Below, one piece after another: positions 1-10,177 of a DNA stretch of 64,000 bases. The notes under the pieces are model-generated. The model was given only the letters and a program-made list of their open reading frames with translations. It was not told the origin of the DNA and did no database searches. The DNA comes from an uncultured delta proteobacterium (lineage in GTDB: Bacteria; Desulfobacterota; Binatia; JACPRU01). Numbering within the stretch: position 1 is the stretch's first letter; each line of letters starts with the position of its first letter. A program made the position numbers and the translations under genes. The stretch is from positions 352,001 to 416,000 of the forward strand of contig CAVUWD010000013.1 in assembly GCA_963745025.1 (NCBI GenBank). Direction: 5' to 3'.

Positions 1-152
1 GTCACGACGAGATCGCTTTGCTCGGCGCGAAACGACGCGAGCGCCTCGTCGGCGCTCGCGGCGGCTGTGGACTCGAGCCCGATTTTGTGGGCGAGGATCT
101 GTAGTACCCGCCGCATTCGGGCGTCGTCGTCGACGACGAGGAGCCGCTTCAT
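1..152 (-). CDS. Response regulator, N-terminal receiver domain (truncated by window edge)
   Basis: Minus strand reads MKRLLVVDDDARMRRVLQILAHKIGLES...; ATG overlaps the kinase stop (ATGA). Confidence 0.85.
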   Translation of the reverse strand, partial: MKRLLVVDDDARMRRVLQILAHKIGLESTAAASADEALASFRAEQSDLVV

Positions 153-1930
153 GCGCGCGCCTCGGCAGCGGGAAGCTCGACCCGGAAGACCGCGCCGTGC
201 CCCGGCGCGGTGTCGACCGAGATGCGGCCGCGGTGCTCCTGAACCACGCGCTGCACGAACGTGAGCCCGAGGCCGGCGCCGCCGTCTCGGCGCGTGAAGA
301 ACGGCTCGAAGATCCGCGCGCGGACCTCCTCGGTCATGCCCGGGCCGTCGTCGCGCACCTCGAACCCGGCGTAGCCGTCGCGGGGCGCGAGAATCCGCGC
401 CTCGACCGACCCGCCCTCGGGCAGGATCTGGACCGCGTTCACCAGGAGGTTGAGCGCCACCTGATAGATGAGCTCCGGGTCGCAGAGCGCCTCGGGCTCG
501 GGCTCGATCGTGTGGCGGCGCACCGAGACGCGCTTCTCGCGCGCTTGGGCCTCGACGAAGTCGGCGGCGCGGAAGACGACGTGGCCGAGCGGCGTCGGCT
601 CCGGACGAAGCTGACGCGGCCGTCCGAGCTCGAGCAGCTCGGACACCACGCGCTCGATGCGGTCGACCTCGGCGCGAAGGAGCTGGAAGAGCTCGCGCGA
701 CTCCTCGTCCTTCGGCTCGAGCGACCGCTCGAGGAGCTGCGCGGAGCTGCGCAGCACGCCGAGCGGCGTGCGCACCTCGTGGGCGATGCCCGCGGCGAGC
801 TCGCCGACGAACGCGAACTTCGCCGCGTCGACGAGCTCGTGCTCGGCACGCCGGAGGTCGACCGACATGCGGTTGAACGCGGAGGTGAGCGTGCCGATCT
901 CGTCGCCCGAGCGCAGCGCAACGGTCGGCGCGGGCCCGCCGCCGCGGCCCATCTCTTCGGCGGCCGCGGTGAGCTCGGCGAGCGGCCGCGTGGTGCGGCG
1001 TGCGGCAAAGAGCGCGATGGCGAGCGCGACGACGAGCGTCGCGCCTAGGGCCGCCCCGAGGCGACTCGCCGTCCGGTGCACTGGCGCGAAGGCTAACGCG
1101 AGGGGCTCTGCCACGACGATCCTCCACGGAGGTAGATCACGCGGCAAGCGCGCCTCGCCGAAGAGCATGGCGGCGCTAGAGTCGACGTGGGCGACGGGGG
1201 AGGATCTGCCCGCATCGAGCGCGCCGAGCGGGACGGATCTGCCCTGAGGCCACGGCGTGTCGGGCCGCGCGGCGGCGCCGATCACGAGGCCTCGGGCGTC
1301 GACGACGAGAACGTCCGCATCGAGTCCGACCGATACCAGATTGGCCCTGGTGTGCGAGATCACCTCCATCTCCCGCTCCCAGTCGAGGTGCGCGACGAGA
1401 CGGCCGAGCCGCACCCGCGGCGCCTCGGGCTCCGGGACGGTCGTCGTAAAGCGGAGGACGGGCGCGGCCGCGGCGGCGGTCGCGAGCGGTCCTTCGATCG
1501 ACGGCGCTTCTCCGCCGTCGCCGAGCGTCGCGCGCAGGCTCTTCCCGATCCACGCCGGGTCGCTCGAGGCGACGGCGCGATCGTCGAGGTCGACGACGAC
1601 GAGGTCGACGCACGCCGCGGAGCCGCGCTTCGCCGAGGCGAGAAAGGAGGAGATCCGCTTGTCGAAGTCGCCGGTGCGGATCTCGCGCATGACGTCTTGC
1701 GCCGCGACCGACTCCAGGCGCGCGAGCTCCGACCGGAGCGCGGTCGCGAGCCGATCGGCCGCGTTGCGCGCCTCTGCGACGAGCTGGCGGCCGACGACGT
1801 GGGTGAGTGCCGCACGGCTGCTGGCGACCGTGATCGCGCCGTAGATCGCGCCGGGAACGAGGACGAGCGCCGCCGCGAACACGAGAAGCTTGGTCCGAAG
1901 CGAGAAAGACTGTACGCTCGGCGCGCTCAA
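149..1930 (-). CDS. HAMP-domain sensor histidine kinase
   Basis: Two TM segments, HAMP, H-box AHEVRTPL, N-box NLLVNA, DDGPG, FEPFFT, GAGLGL; start uncertain. Confidence 0.95.
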   Translation of the reverse strand: MSAPSVQSFSLRTKLLVFAAALVLVPGAIYGAITVASSRAALTHVVGRQLVAEARNAADRLATALRSELARLESVAAQDVMREIRTGDFDKRISSFLASAKRGSAACVDLVVVDLDDRAVASSDPAWIGKSLRATLGDGGEAPSIEGPLATAAAAAPVLRFTTTVPEPEAPRVRLGRLVAHLDWEREMEVISHTRANLVSVGLDADVLVVDARGLVIGAAARPDTPWPQGRSVPLGALDAGRSSPVAHVDSSAAMLFGEARLPRDLPPWRIVVAEPLALAFAPVHRTASRLGAALGATLVVALAIALFAARRTTRPLAELTAAAEEMGRGGGPAPTVALRSGDEIGTLTSAFNRMSVDLRRAEHELVDAAKFAFVGELAAGIAHEVRTPLGVLRSSAQLLERSLEPKDEESRELFQLLRAEVDRIERVVSELLELGRPRQLRPEPTPLGHVVFRAADFVEAQAREKRVSVRRHTIEPEPEALCDPELIYQVALNLLVNAVQILPEGGSVEARILAPRDGYAGFEVRDDGPGMTEEVRARIFEPFFTRRDGGAGLGLTFVQRVVQEHRGRISVDTAPGHGAVFRVELPAAEARA

Positions 1931-1959
1931 ACGACCGGCTCCCGTCGGCCGACGTTCTC

Positions 1960-3090
1960 ATGAACGACCCGAGATCGCAAAGCGGCTCGCGGCATCAGAG
2001 GCCGCGCCCGGCGAGTCGGGCCGCGGCGGGCGTATCGCTGCTTGCGGCGCTCGTCGTCGCCCTCGGAGCGGCCGTTGCCGGCGAGCCACCTGCCGCGAAC
2101 CTCGACGGCGCGGAGACCCTCGGCGTCGACTCGCCGATCGGGCGGATCGAGTATTACCCGGGACGCGGACTGCGACTCGGCGACACGCGGATCACGCTCG
2201 GCGGGTTCACGAAGGCGGAGGTCAACCTGCTCGAGGGCGGCGACAACCGCGGCGGTCTCGAAGGGCCCAACTTCTTCCTGTTCTTCGACCCGCTTCCGTT
2301 CGTGCACGCTTTCTCGGAGCTCGAGACCGGCACGCTGGTCGGTGCGGAGACCGGGCGAGAGGGCGTCCGTACGGGTCTCGCGTTCGGCGTCGAGCGCGCC
2401 TACGGCGACTTCGGCGCGAGCGATGCGGCGACGCTCCGCTTCGGGAAGTTCCTGACGCCGGTCGGGCGCTGGAACACGATTCTGGCCGAGCCGCTCACCT
2501 GGACGACGTCCACTCCGCTGATCGTCGAGGACGTCTTCGACGAGTCGACCACGGGAGCGATGCTGTGGGGCGCGGCGTTCCCCAAGGGAGGGGCGCTCTC
2601 TTATTCGTTGTACGGGGCGTTCCTCGATCCGCTCGACCCGGATCCCGAGGCGCCGCCCGCCAAGCACACCGCGGGGGCGCATCTCGATTGGGCGAGCCTC
2701 GACGGCTGGGCCGTCGGGGCGTCCTACTTCGCCTCGCAGTCCCCGACCGGGGCGTGGCACCAGCTCGGCGGAGTCGACGGTCTCTGGCGGCCGAACGCAC
2801 GGGTCGAGCTGAGCGGCGAGTCCGTCTTCGGGGAGGGCTCGCTCGAGGACGGCGCGCTCTGGGGCCTCTACGCGCAGGCCGTCGTGGAGACGGTCGATAC
2901 GCTCTACGCGGTCGGGCGCTACGAGCGATTCGATCCGCCCGATGGCGGACGCTCGGTGGATCTCTTCGACGTCGGGCTCACCTGGGTCCCCGTCTATTAC
3001 CTCCGGCTGAAGGCCGATTACAGCTTCGTCGATCACTCCGACGAGTTCACGACACCGGGCTTTCAGGCGTCGTTCTCGATCCTCTTCTGA
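1960..3090 (+). CDS. Putative outer-membrane beta-barrel/porin-like protein
   Basis: Signal-like N-terminus, GKFLTPVGRWN porin-type motif, amphipathic strands, C-terminal Phe. Confidence 0.7.
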   Translation: MNDPRSQSGSRHQRPRPASRAAAGVSLLAALVVALGAAVAGEPPAANLDGAETLGVDSPIGRIEYYPGRGLRLGDTRITLGGFTKAEVNLLEGGDNRGGLEGPNFFLFFDPLPFVHAFSELETGTLVGAETGREGVRTGLAFGVERAYGDFGASDAATLRFGKFLTPVGRWNTILAEPLTWTTSTPLIVEDVFDESTTGAMLWGAAFPKGGALSYSLYGAFLDPLDPDPEAPPAKHTAGAHLDWASLDGWAVGASYFASQSPTGAWHQLGGVDGLWRPNARVELSGESVFGEGSLEDGALWGLYAQAVVETVDTLYAVGRYERFDPPDGGRSVDLFDVGLTWVPVYYLRLKADYSFVDHSDEFTTPGFQASFSILF

Positions 3091-3092
3091 CG

Positions 3093-3518
3093 ATGGCCAC
3101 GCGGACGATCGCCGTCCTCCTCGGACTCGCGCTTCTCGCTCCGGCGCTCGCCGGCGGGCGCGATCGGGTGGCCGTCATCGTGAACCGCGAGCGACGCGCG
3201 GACCTCTCGATCGACGACGTGGCGCAGATCTATCTCCGCAGAAAACGATTCTGGGAGGACGGCGCGCCCGTCGTGCCGCTGAACCTGCCCTCGGCGAACC
3301 CGCTTCGCGAGCGATTCTCACAGCTCGTGCTCCGAGAGACCGAGACCCGTCTCGCCGACTACTGGAACCGTCTGTATTTCCGCGGCATTCTCCCGCCCGC
3401 GACGCTCGTCTCGACCGAGAGCGTCCGGCGCTATGTCGCCTCCGATCCGAACGCGATCGGATACGTGCCCGAATCCGAGGTCGACGGGTCGGTCCGCGTG
3501 CTTCTTCGCCTGGAGTGA
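3093..3518 (+). CDS. Small periplasmic substrate-binding-like protein (short phosphate-binding-protein-like family)
   Basis: MATRTIAVLLGLALLAP signal peptide, VAVIVN and VASDPNAIGYV motifs; 2 nt after the porin stop. Confidence 0.75.
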   Translation: MATRTIAVLLGLALLAPALAGGRDRVAVIVNRERRADLSIDDVAQIYLRRKRFWEDGAPVVPLNLPSANPLRERFSQLVLRETETRLADYWNRLYFRGILPPATLVSTESVRRYVASDPNAIGYVPESEVDGSVRVLLRLE

Positions 3519-3659
3519 CATCACTGGAAGCTCGTCGGCTCCACTCCTCGCGGCAGAGCTGCAGCCAGTCGTCATTCTTGCTCCGCGTTTCACGGATCCT
3601 CGACGAGATTCCGCTCTCCGACCGGGCGCTGGTTAACCCGCCGATCGGTTAGTCTCCCG

Positions 3660-4679
3660 TCACGGCTGGGGGAGGTTTACGCACTTCGCATCGAAGTTGC
3701 AGTCGGTGAGCTGGTTGACCACGCCCTGCTCCACCTCGAGAAAGACGCCGATCCCCCGCGCGTAGTATTTGCGCGCGAAGACCCCCGGCTCGAGCAGCGA
3801 GAAGTTCTTGGTCACCACGCAGTCGCCGGCGGAACACAGGCGCTCGGCGAGCTCCTGCGGGACCAGCTTGTCGAGCTTCGGGTCGTTGCCGAAGGCGTAC
3901 GTAGTGGACAGGATCTCGGTCACGTCCTCGGCGTTGGCGAGCGAGAACTCCTCGCGGTAGACCTCGCCCGGCGACGGGGACGCTAGGAAGATGATTCCCG
4001 CCTTGTCGCCGTTGCGCCCCGCCTTGAAGGATCCTTGGTTGCTGACCAGCTCGGGCTTCCGGGGATCGTCGCCGTCGAAGCTCTCGAACACCGTCGTCTC
4101 CTCGCCGCAGTACCAGGTGTTTCCATCCCTCGCGTGGGCGAACCAGTCGTTGGTGGCCTCGGTGAGGTCGCCGCCGCTGGTGACGAGATCTCTGACCGTG
4201 ATGCAACTCACGCCACCGGGCATCAGCTTGGTCTCGTCCAGGACCTCGACTGTGTTGATCTCGCCGCCGCCGCTGTATTTCCACGTGTTGCCGACGTTGA
4301 GCGGGTAGTAGGGGTTCTGGTGCGCTGGGTGCCTCGCGTCGTCTTCGAACAGAGCCGGGTCGAATTCCGGGTCGTAGCGGGCCTCGCCGGTGGACTTGCA
4401 GGCGTGGACGCGCCAATCACGCTGGTCCACGCAGAGCTTCTTCGCCTCCTTCTGCGCGTCTGTCGCCTCCGCTGAGCACTGCTGCCGTTCCTGGCTCTCC
4501 GAGACGTTCAAGCAGACCGCCTCCTTGACGAGGCTGTTGTTCTTGACCCCGGCCTTGCACGCATCGAACAGGATGAGCGCGGTGTCGGAGCAGACGCTCG
4601 CGGCCGCAGCCACCCCCGTCAGCGCCAAGACCATCCCGGCGGCAATCGCGAGCACCCCTGACATACCTCTGGTCGTCAT
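3660..4679 (-). CDS. Secreted Cys-rich hypothetical protein
   Basis: 339-aa ORF, AGGAG RBS, signal peptide, strong GC3 codon bias. Confidence 0.8.
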   Translation of the reverse strand: MTTRGMSGVLAIAAGMVLALTGVAAAASVCSDTALILFDACKAGVKNNSLVKEAVCLNVSESQERQQCSAEATDAQKEAKKLCVDQRDWRVHACKSTGEARYDPEFDPALFEDDARHPAHQNPYYPLNVGNTWKYSGGGEINTVEVLDETKLMPGGVSCITVRDLVTSGGDLTEATNDWFAHARDGNTWYCGEETTVFESFDGDDPRKPELVSNQGSFKAGRNGDKAGIIFLASPSPGEVYREEFSLANAEDVTEILSTTYAFGNDPKLDKLVPQELAERLCSAGDCVVTKNFSLLEPGVFARKYYARGIGVFLEVEQGVVNQLTDCNFDAKCVNLPQP

Positions 4680-4841
4680 CGTCGTTCTCCTGTGCGCCGG
4701 TCACACCGGCGAGGTGTGGGTGACCATGATTCCTACTGCGACTTCCCAGTGTCTTCGAGATCCATTCGAGATCCATAAGAGCAAGCGGCGGGCCACGGAG
4801 CGGGCCGGCGTTGCGCCTCGGATTTTTTGTGGCGGGAGGCC

Positions 4842-5261
4842 CTACCGCGCGCCGAACCCGGCACGATCGCTCGCCGGTTTCGGCAGTGAGGAAGAGGGGG
4901 ACTGGGGAGCCCCGTCGACCGAGATCACGCAATCGACCTTCTCCCCGAGAACACAGTCCGCGTCGACGTTGTGACCGTCGTACTGCCCGTGAAAACGGTC
5001 GCGGCGTTTCGCGGCCGACAGCGAGCCCTCGATCGTGCGCCGGCCGTTGACGAGGATTTCGACCAGGTACTTTCCGCCACCGGTGGGTTGGTAACGTCCC
5101 TGAATCGACAGGTTCTCCTGCGGCGACACCGGCACCGGCTGAACGATCGGTGTGGGAACCGGTGGAGGAGGAGGCGGCGGCTCGGGCTTGGTGCAGCCCA
5201 GGCCGATGAGCGCGATCAACGCGATCGCAGCGATACGGCCCTGCGAATCGATGGCTGTCAC
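4842..5261 (-). CDS. Putative lipoprotein with Pro-rich linker
   Basis: GTG start, IALIALIGLGC lipobox followed by PEPPPPPPPVPTP. Confidence 0.6.
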   Translation of the reverse strand: MTAIDSQGRIAAIALIALIGLGCTKPEPPPPPPPVPTPIVQPVPVSPQENLSIQGRYQPTGGGKYLVEILVNGRRTIEGSLSAAKRRDRFHGQYDGHNVDADCVLGEKVDCVISVDGAPQSPSSSLPKPASDRAGFGAR

Positions 5262-5343
5262 CCGCTCTTCGGGCGTCGCTTCCGCATTTCGATTAGGCGA
5301 CCGTCGGTGGTAATGCAAGCGTGACCGGGCTTGGACGCCCGTC

Positions 5344-6135
5344 TCACGGTCGATTCCTTCGTCGCCGGTACTGCTCGACCATGTAGGCGCCCGCGGCGAC
5401 GGATCCGCCGTCGACGACGAGCACGGCTCCCGAGACGTACGCGGCTTCCGGGGAGGCGAGGAATAGAACCGCATGCGCGACCTCGTCCACCGTGCCGAGC
5501 CGGCGGATCGGGATGTGATTGGCGCGCTCCTCCAGCGCCTCCTTGGACCACGCCGATCGCAGCAGCTCGGTGTCGATCGGCCCGGGCGCGACCGCGTTCG
5601 CCGTGATGCCGTGGTCGGCGAGCTCGAAGGCCATGGCGCGCGTCAGGCCCATCATTCCCGCCTTGGCGGCGCCGTACGGCGCGAGATCGAGCGGTCCCAT
5701 GAGGCCGGCGACCGAGGCGATGGTGACGATGCGGCCGTAGCGGCGCCGGGCCATGTCGCGGGCGGCGGCCTGCGAGCAGTAGAAGCTCCCGAAGAGGTGA
5801 GTGCGGAGATGATTCTCCCAGTTCTCCGGGGTGATCTCGAGGAAGGGCTGCGCCTTGGCGACCCCGGCGTTGTTGACGAGCACGTCGATCTTGCCGAGCG
5901 CGCCGATCGCGTCGGCCACGAGCCTCTGAACCGCGGAATGCTCCCCGACGTCGCAGGCCGAGGCGAACGCGCGCCGTCCGAGGTCGCGCACCTCGCCGGC
6001 GGTCTTCTCCGCGCCCTCGCGGTTGAGATCGGCGATCGCGACGTCCGCTCCTTCGCGGGCGAGCGCGAGAGCGATCGCCTTGCCGATCCCGCGGCCGGCT
6101 CCCGTGACGAGTGCTACCTGGCCCTTGAATCTCAT
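5344..6135 (-). CDS. SDR family oxidoreductase (FabG-like)
   Basis: TGAGRGIG, NNAG, YGAAK motifs; GGAGG RBS. Confidence 0.95.
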   Translation of the reverse strand: MRFKGQVALVTGAGRGIGKAIALALAREGADVAIADLNREGAEKTAGEVRDLGRRAFASACDVGEHSAVQRLVADAIGALGKIDVLVNNAGVAKAQPFLEITPENWENHLRTHLFGSFYCSQAAARDMARRRYGRIVTIASVAGLMGPLDLAPYGAAKAGMMGLTRAMAFELADHGITANAVAPGPIDTELLRSAWSKEALEERANHIPIRRLGTVDEVAHAVLFLASPEAAYVSGAVLVVDGGSVAAGAYMVEQYRRRRNRP

Positions 6136-6151
6136 GATTCCTCCTTGACGC

Positions 6152-6583
6152 TCAGGCGCCCTTCGGGGCCGCCATCGATTCGCGTTGCCGGCGGCGCTCC
6201 ACCACCAGCCGGCCGATCGCCTCGACGATCGCGGGCATCGACGTGCCCGGGCCGAAGACCGCCGCCGTGCCGAACGCGCGCATCTCCGCGGCGTCGCTTT
6301 CGGGAATGGTTCCGCCGACGACGATCGCGGCGTCGAGGCCATTCTCGCGGGCGAGCTCGCAGACCCGGCGGGTGAGATGGACGTGTGCGCCGGAGAGGAT
6401 GCTGAGCCCGATCACGTCGACGTCTTCCTGAAGAGCGGCGGCGACCGCCTGCTCGGGACGCACGCGCGTGCCGAGATTGATGACGTCGAAGCCTGCATCG
6501 CGCAGTCCCAGGGCGACGACCGCGGCGCCGGTCGTGTGGCCGTCGAGGCCGACCTTGGCGACGATCACGCGCCCTCGGCTCAT
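6152..6583 (-). CDS. Cobalamin-binding small subunit of an acyl-CoA mutase
   Basis: GLDGHTTGA (DxHxxG), GLSILSGAH, VVGGTIP; overlaps large-subunit stop. Confidence 0.95.
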   Translation of the reverse strand: MSRGRVIVAKVGLDGHTTGAAVVALGLRDAGFDVINLGTRVRPEQAVAAALQEDVDVIGLSILSGAHVHLTRRVCELARENGLDAAIVVGGTIPESDAAEMRAFGTAAVFGPGTSMPAIVEAIGRLVVERRRQRESMAAPKGA

Positions 6584-8286
6584 CGCATGGCCTCCTCGGT
6601 TGCATCCATGCGGTCGAAGGTCCGGTCGCGCGCCGGCACTTCGCCGTAGACCGCGCGCATCGCCGCGAACATCTCGCCGAGCGTGACGCCGGCTTTGGCG
6701 GCGGCGATCGCGTAGGGCACGACGTTTTCGCCCGCCCGCGCGGCGTCGCGCATCGCGTCGCAGACGCGCTTGGCTCGAGCCGCGTCACGACCCGCGCGCA
6801 GCGCGCGCAGGCGCTCGACCTTCTCGCGCTGTGCCTGCGGGTCGGGCCGCAGGAAGTGGATCTCCTGCGTCTCTTCGACTCGGTAGTCGTTCACGCCGAC
6901 GATCGTGCGCTCGCCGCGGTCGATCTCCGCCTGGTAGCGCGCGGCCCAGGCATGCTTCTGCGCCATCACCCAGCCGCTCTTCGCGGCGTTCACCATGCCG
7001 CCGAGCCCGTCGATCTCGGCCAGCAGCGCCGCTGCGCGCGTCTCGAGCTCGTCGGTGAGCGTCTCCACGAAGTACGAGCCGCCGAGCGGATCGACGGTGT
7101 TCACCAGGCCCGCCTCGTGCGCGAGGATGTTCTGCGTATTCAGCGACACGCGGATCGCGTCGTCGGTCGGCAGTCCGTAGGTCTCGTCGTAACACGAGAT
7201 GTGCAGCGACTGGGCTCCGCCGAGCACCGCCGCCATCGCCTCGACGGCGCCGCGGACGATGTTGTTGTGCGGCTGCTGCGCGGTGAGCGACGCCCCCGAC
7301 GTCTGCGCGTGGAAACGGAAGCGCTGCGCGCGCGGGTCCGAGCACCCGTAGCGGTCGCGGATGATGCGTGCCCACATGCGGCGCATCGCGCGCATCTTGC
7401 AGAGCTCCTCGAAGAAGTCGATGTGCGCGCAGAGCATGAACGAGAAGCGAGGCGCGATCTCCTCGACGCCGAGGCCGCGCTCGAGGCAGGCGTCGAGGTA
7501 GGCGATGGCGTCGCCGAAGGTGAACGCCATCTCCTGAACCGCCGAGCAGCCGCCGTCTCGGGTGTTGTAACCGGAGATGCTGACCGGGTTCCACATCGGC
7601 ATGCGGCGAACGGCGAACTCGCAGACGTCGGCGAAGAGCTTCATGTTGCCGGCAAGCGGCAGGTCCCACCACGGGCACGAGTGGTAGTACATGAGGACGT
7701 CGTTCTGCGTCGTGCCGGCGAGCTTCTCGTACGCGACGCCGCGCTCGTCGGCGAGCGCGAGCAGGAACGACAGGATGTACGGGCCCCAGTGCGAGTAGGA
7801 GATGCTGATCTGGTCGAGCTCGATGCCGTCGAGGAGCGTGCGCACGTCGTCGAGCGAGTCGATCGGGATGCCGCTCACGCCGATCTCGCCCTCGGCGATC
7901 GGATCGTCGGAGTCGTAGCCGCCGAGCGTCGGATAGTCGAACACGAAGTGCAGGCCCGTCTGCCCCTGGCGGAGCAGCTCCCGCACGCGCCGATTGGTGT
8001 CGGCCGGCGAGCGAAAGCCGGTGATCGGCCGGCGCGTCCAGAGCTTGGCGCGGTAACCGGTGGCCTGCGCGCCGCGCGTGTAGGGGAACTCGCCCGGGAA
8101 GCCGATGTTGTCGAGATAGCCCTCGGGCGGGCGATCCGTCGGCCCGTAGAGGCGCGCGACGGGAATCTCGCTCCAAGTGCGGAGGTTCTTGCGCTCGGGA
8201 AGCCGGCGTAGCGACTCGGCCACGGGTCCCGTCTCCCAGCGCTCGCGGGCCTCGTCGATCGCGTCTCGCTCGTCGCTCGGTTTCAT
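6580..8286 (-). CDS. B12-dependent acyl-CoA mutase large subunit (methylmalonyl-CoA mutase family, atypical active site)
   Basis: [43 protein letters not shown] motifs. Confidence 0.95.
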   Translation of the reverse strand: MKPSDERDAIDEARERWETGPVAESLRRLPERKNLRTWSEIPVARLYGPTDRPPEGYLDNIGFPGEFPYTRGAQATGYRAKLWTRRPITGFRSPADTNRRVRELLRQGQTGLHFVFDYPTLGGYDSDDPIAEGEIGVSGIPIDSLDDVRTLLDGIELDQISISYSHWGPYILSFLLALADERGVAYEKLAGTTQNDVLMYYHSCPWWDLPLAGNMKLFADVCEFAVRRMPMWNPVSISGYNTRDGGCSAVQEMAFTFGDAIAYLDACLERGLGVEEIAPRFSFMLCAHIDFFEELCKMRAMRRMWARIIRDRYGCSDPRAQRFRFHAQTSGASLTAQQPHNNIVRGAVEAMAAVLGGAQSLHISCYDETYGLPTDDAIRVSLNTQNILAHEAGLVNTVDPLGGSYFVETLTDELETRAAALLAEIDGLGGMVNAAKSGWVMAQKHAWAARYQAEIDRGERTIVGVNDYRVEETQEIHFLRPDPQAQREKVERLRALRAGRDAARAKRVCDAMRDAARAGENVVPYAIAAAKAGVTLGEMFAAMRAVYGEVPARDRTFDRMDATEEAMR

Positions 8287-8302
8287 GGAGTGGGTCCTTT
8301 CT

Positions 8303-9034
8303 TCATCGTTGCGACTTCCGCTTGCGGCGGGTCGCCTCCTTCGGCCGCCCCGCGAGGATGCCGCCGAGAAAGGTCGAGGCGATCCGCCGCGCGATCTCCT
8401 CGCCCGAGAGCTCTCCCGCAGGGTCGAACCACGCGTACATCCAGTTGAGCGCGCCGATGATCGCGAAGGCGATGATCCTGTCGTCGAGCGGCGCGAAGCG
8501 GCCCGACCGCACCCCTTCGCGAAGGATTCGCCGCCACAGCGCCGTGTAGGCGGCCTTTTTGCGCAGAATCTCGCGGAACGCCGCCGGCGACAGATGCCGC
8601 TCGAGCTTCTCGCGAACCAGGATCTCCATCCCGCTGCGGTAGCCGTCGAAGGCTCGCCCGAGCGCGACCATGGCGTCGGCGACCTTCTCGGCGGGCACCG
8701 CGGAGCCCTCGGCGATCGCGCGCAGCTCCTGGTACGGCTCGTCGACGAGCGGTCGCAGCACTGCGCGCAGCAGTTCCTGCTTCGAGGGGAAGAAGTAATA
8801 GAGGCTCGGCTTCTGGATGCCGACGGCGTCGGCGATGTCGTTCATCGACACGTTGGCGACGCCGGCATCGGCGAAGAGCGTCGTCGCGCGCGCGATGATC
8901 TCGCTCCGCCGGTCCGGGCGCGCGCGGCCGAGACGCCGGCGGTCCCGCGGAGGCTCCGTCGCCCGGGCCGCTTCGCGCACGAGGCTCGACGCCGGATCGG
9001 GAGATTCGAGGGTGCGTCGCTCGTCGGGGATCAT
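8303..9034 (-). CDS. TetR/AcrR family transcriptional regulator
   Basis: HTH SMNDIADAVGIQKPSLYYFFPSKQELL; C-terminal GALNWMYAWF. Confidence 0.93.
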   Translation of the reverse strand: MIPDERRTLESPDPASSLVREAARATEPPRDRRRLGRARPDRRSEIIARATTLFADAGVANVSMNDIADAVGIQKPSLYYFFPSKQELLRAVLRPLVDEPYQELRAIAEGSAVPAEKVADAMVALGRAFDGYRSGMEILVREKLERHLSPAAFREILRKKAAYTALWRRILREGVRSGRFAPLDDRIIAFAIIGALNWMYAWFDPAGELSGEEIARRIASTFLGGILAGRPKEATRRKRKSQR

Positions 9035-9040
9035 GTCATC

Positions 9041-9079
9041 TATCTACCGGTAGGTAGATAACGGGAAGTGGCGTGTCAA
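9041..9079. promoter_or_regulatory. Palindromic operator TATCTACC-N4-GGTAGATA with adjacent TTGACA (-35) for the tetR-mutase operon
   Basis: Perfect 8-bp inverted repeat at 9041-9060; TTGACA on minus strand at 9079-9074; -10 element not clear. Confidence 0.65.
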
Positions 9080-9355
9080 TCGCCAGAACCCGGAACGCAA
9101 AGACTGTCAGCCGTCGGCTATTGCCTTCCGCGCTTGCGCGCGGTGGGTGCCTGTTCTTGTCGACCCGAGCACGGCTCGACAAGAACAGGCACCGCTACTC
9201 TCGTTGTGTTTCTCGAGCCTTGCTACGGAAACCGACGCCTTACCCGAAAGGAACGGGCAAGTGGGAGGAGGCTCATCGGCTCGGTCCCCAAACGCTTGAC
9301 GGCGGCCGAGCCGTGGAGCATCGCTCTTGTGGCATTCGCCAGGAGGGCCGCGGAG

Positions 9356-10177
9356 ATGGAATCCACCGCTGCAGTCGCCGGTCACTACGGAAAGGAAGGG
9401 CTCCTCGAATCGATCCTCGAGGCGCTCGACGGCGCCGGCAAGGATGTCGATCGGCTCACCGCCGACGACCTCACGCCCGTCGATCAGTTCCATCTTCGCG
9501 GACGCGACGCAACGCTCGAGCTAGCCCGACTCGCCGGGCTCGGGCGCGGGGAACGTGTGCTCGACGTCGGCGGCGGTATCGGCGGACCCGCACGGACGCT
9601 CGCGGCTGCGGGTTCCGCCGTGACCGTGCTCGATCTGACGGAGGAGTTCTGTCGCACAGGAGCCGCGCTCACCGAGCGGGTCGGGCTCGCGGGCAGCGTC
9701 GCGTTCCGCCACGGGAGCGCGCTGGCGATGCCGTTCGAGGACGCCGCGTTCGACGTCGCATGGACGCAGCACAGCTCGATGAACATCGAGGACAAGGAGC
9801 GCCTCTACGCCGAGATCGCGCGCGTGGTGCGGTCGGGCGGGCGGTTGGCGATTCACGAGATCATGGCCGGCCCGGAAGCGCCGCCGTATTTCCCGGTGCC
9901 GTGGGCACCGGTGCCGGCGATCAGCTTTCTCCGGCCGCCGGAGGCGGTTCGCAGGCTGGTCCAAGCGAGCGGCTTTCGCGAGCGCGCCTGGCGCGACGTC
10001 TCCGAAGCGTCGCTCGCCTGGCTCCGCGAGCGGCTCGCGGCTCCGGCTCCGCCCCTCGGTCTCCATCTCCTTCTCGGGGCGGCGGCCGGAGAGATGCTGC
10101 GGAACGTGGCGCGGAATATCGACGAGCGCCGAATCACGGTCATCGAAGGCGTGTTCGAGCGAGAGAAGACATCATGA
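9356..10177 (+). CDS. Class I SAM-dependent methyltransferase
   Basis: VLDVGGGIGG motif I, PFEDAAFD, VVRSGGRL. Confidence 0.9.
   Translation: MESTAAVAGHYGKEGLLESILEALDGAGKDVDRLTADDLTPVDQFHLRGRDATLELARLAGLGRGERVLDVGGGIGGPARTLAAAGSAVTVLDLTEEFCRTGAALTERVGLAGSVAFRHGSALAMPFEDAAFDVAWTQHSSMNIEDKERLYAEIARVVRSGGRLAIHEIMAGPEAPPYFPVPWAPVPAISFLRPPEAVRRLVQASGFRERAWRDVSEASLAWLRERLAAPAPPLGLHLLLGAAAGEMLRNVARNIDERRITVIEGVFEREKTS

Noticed and set aside
9083-9125. Possible eleventh copy of the heptamer-arm element (contains GCAAAGACT)
   Set aside because: Arms are too degenerate and not palindromic, so it was not counted
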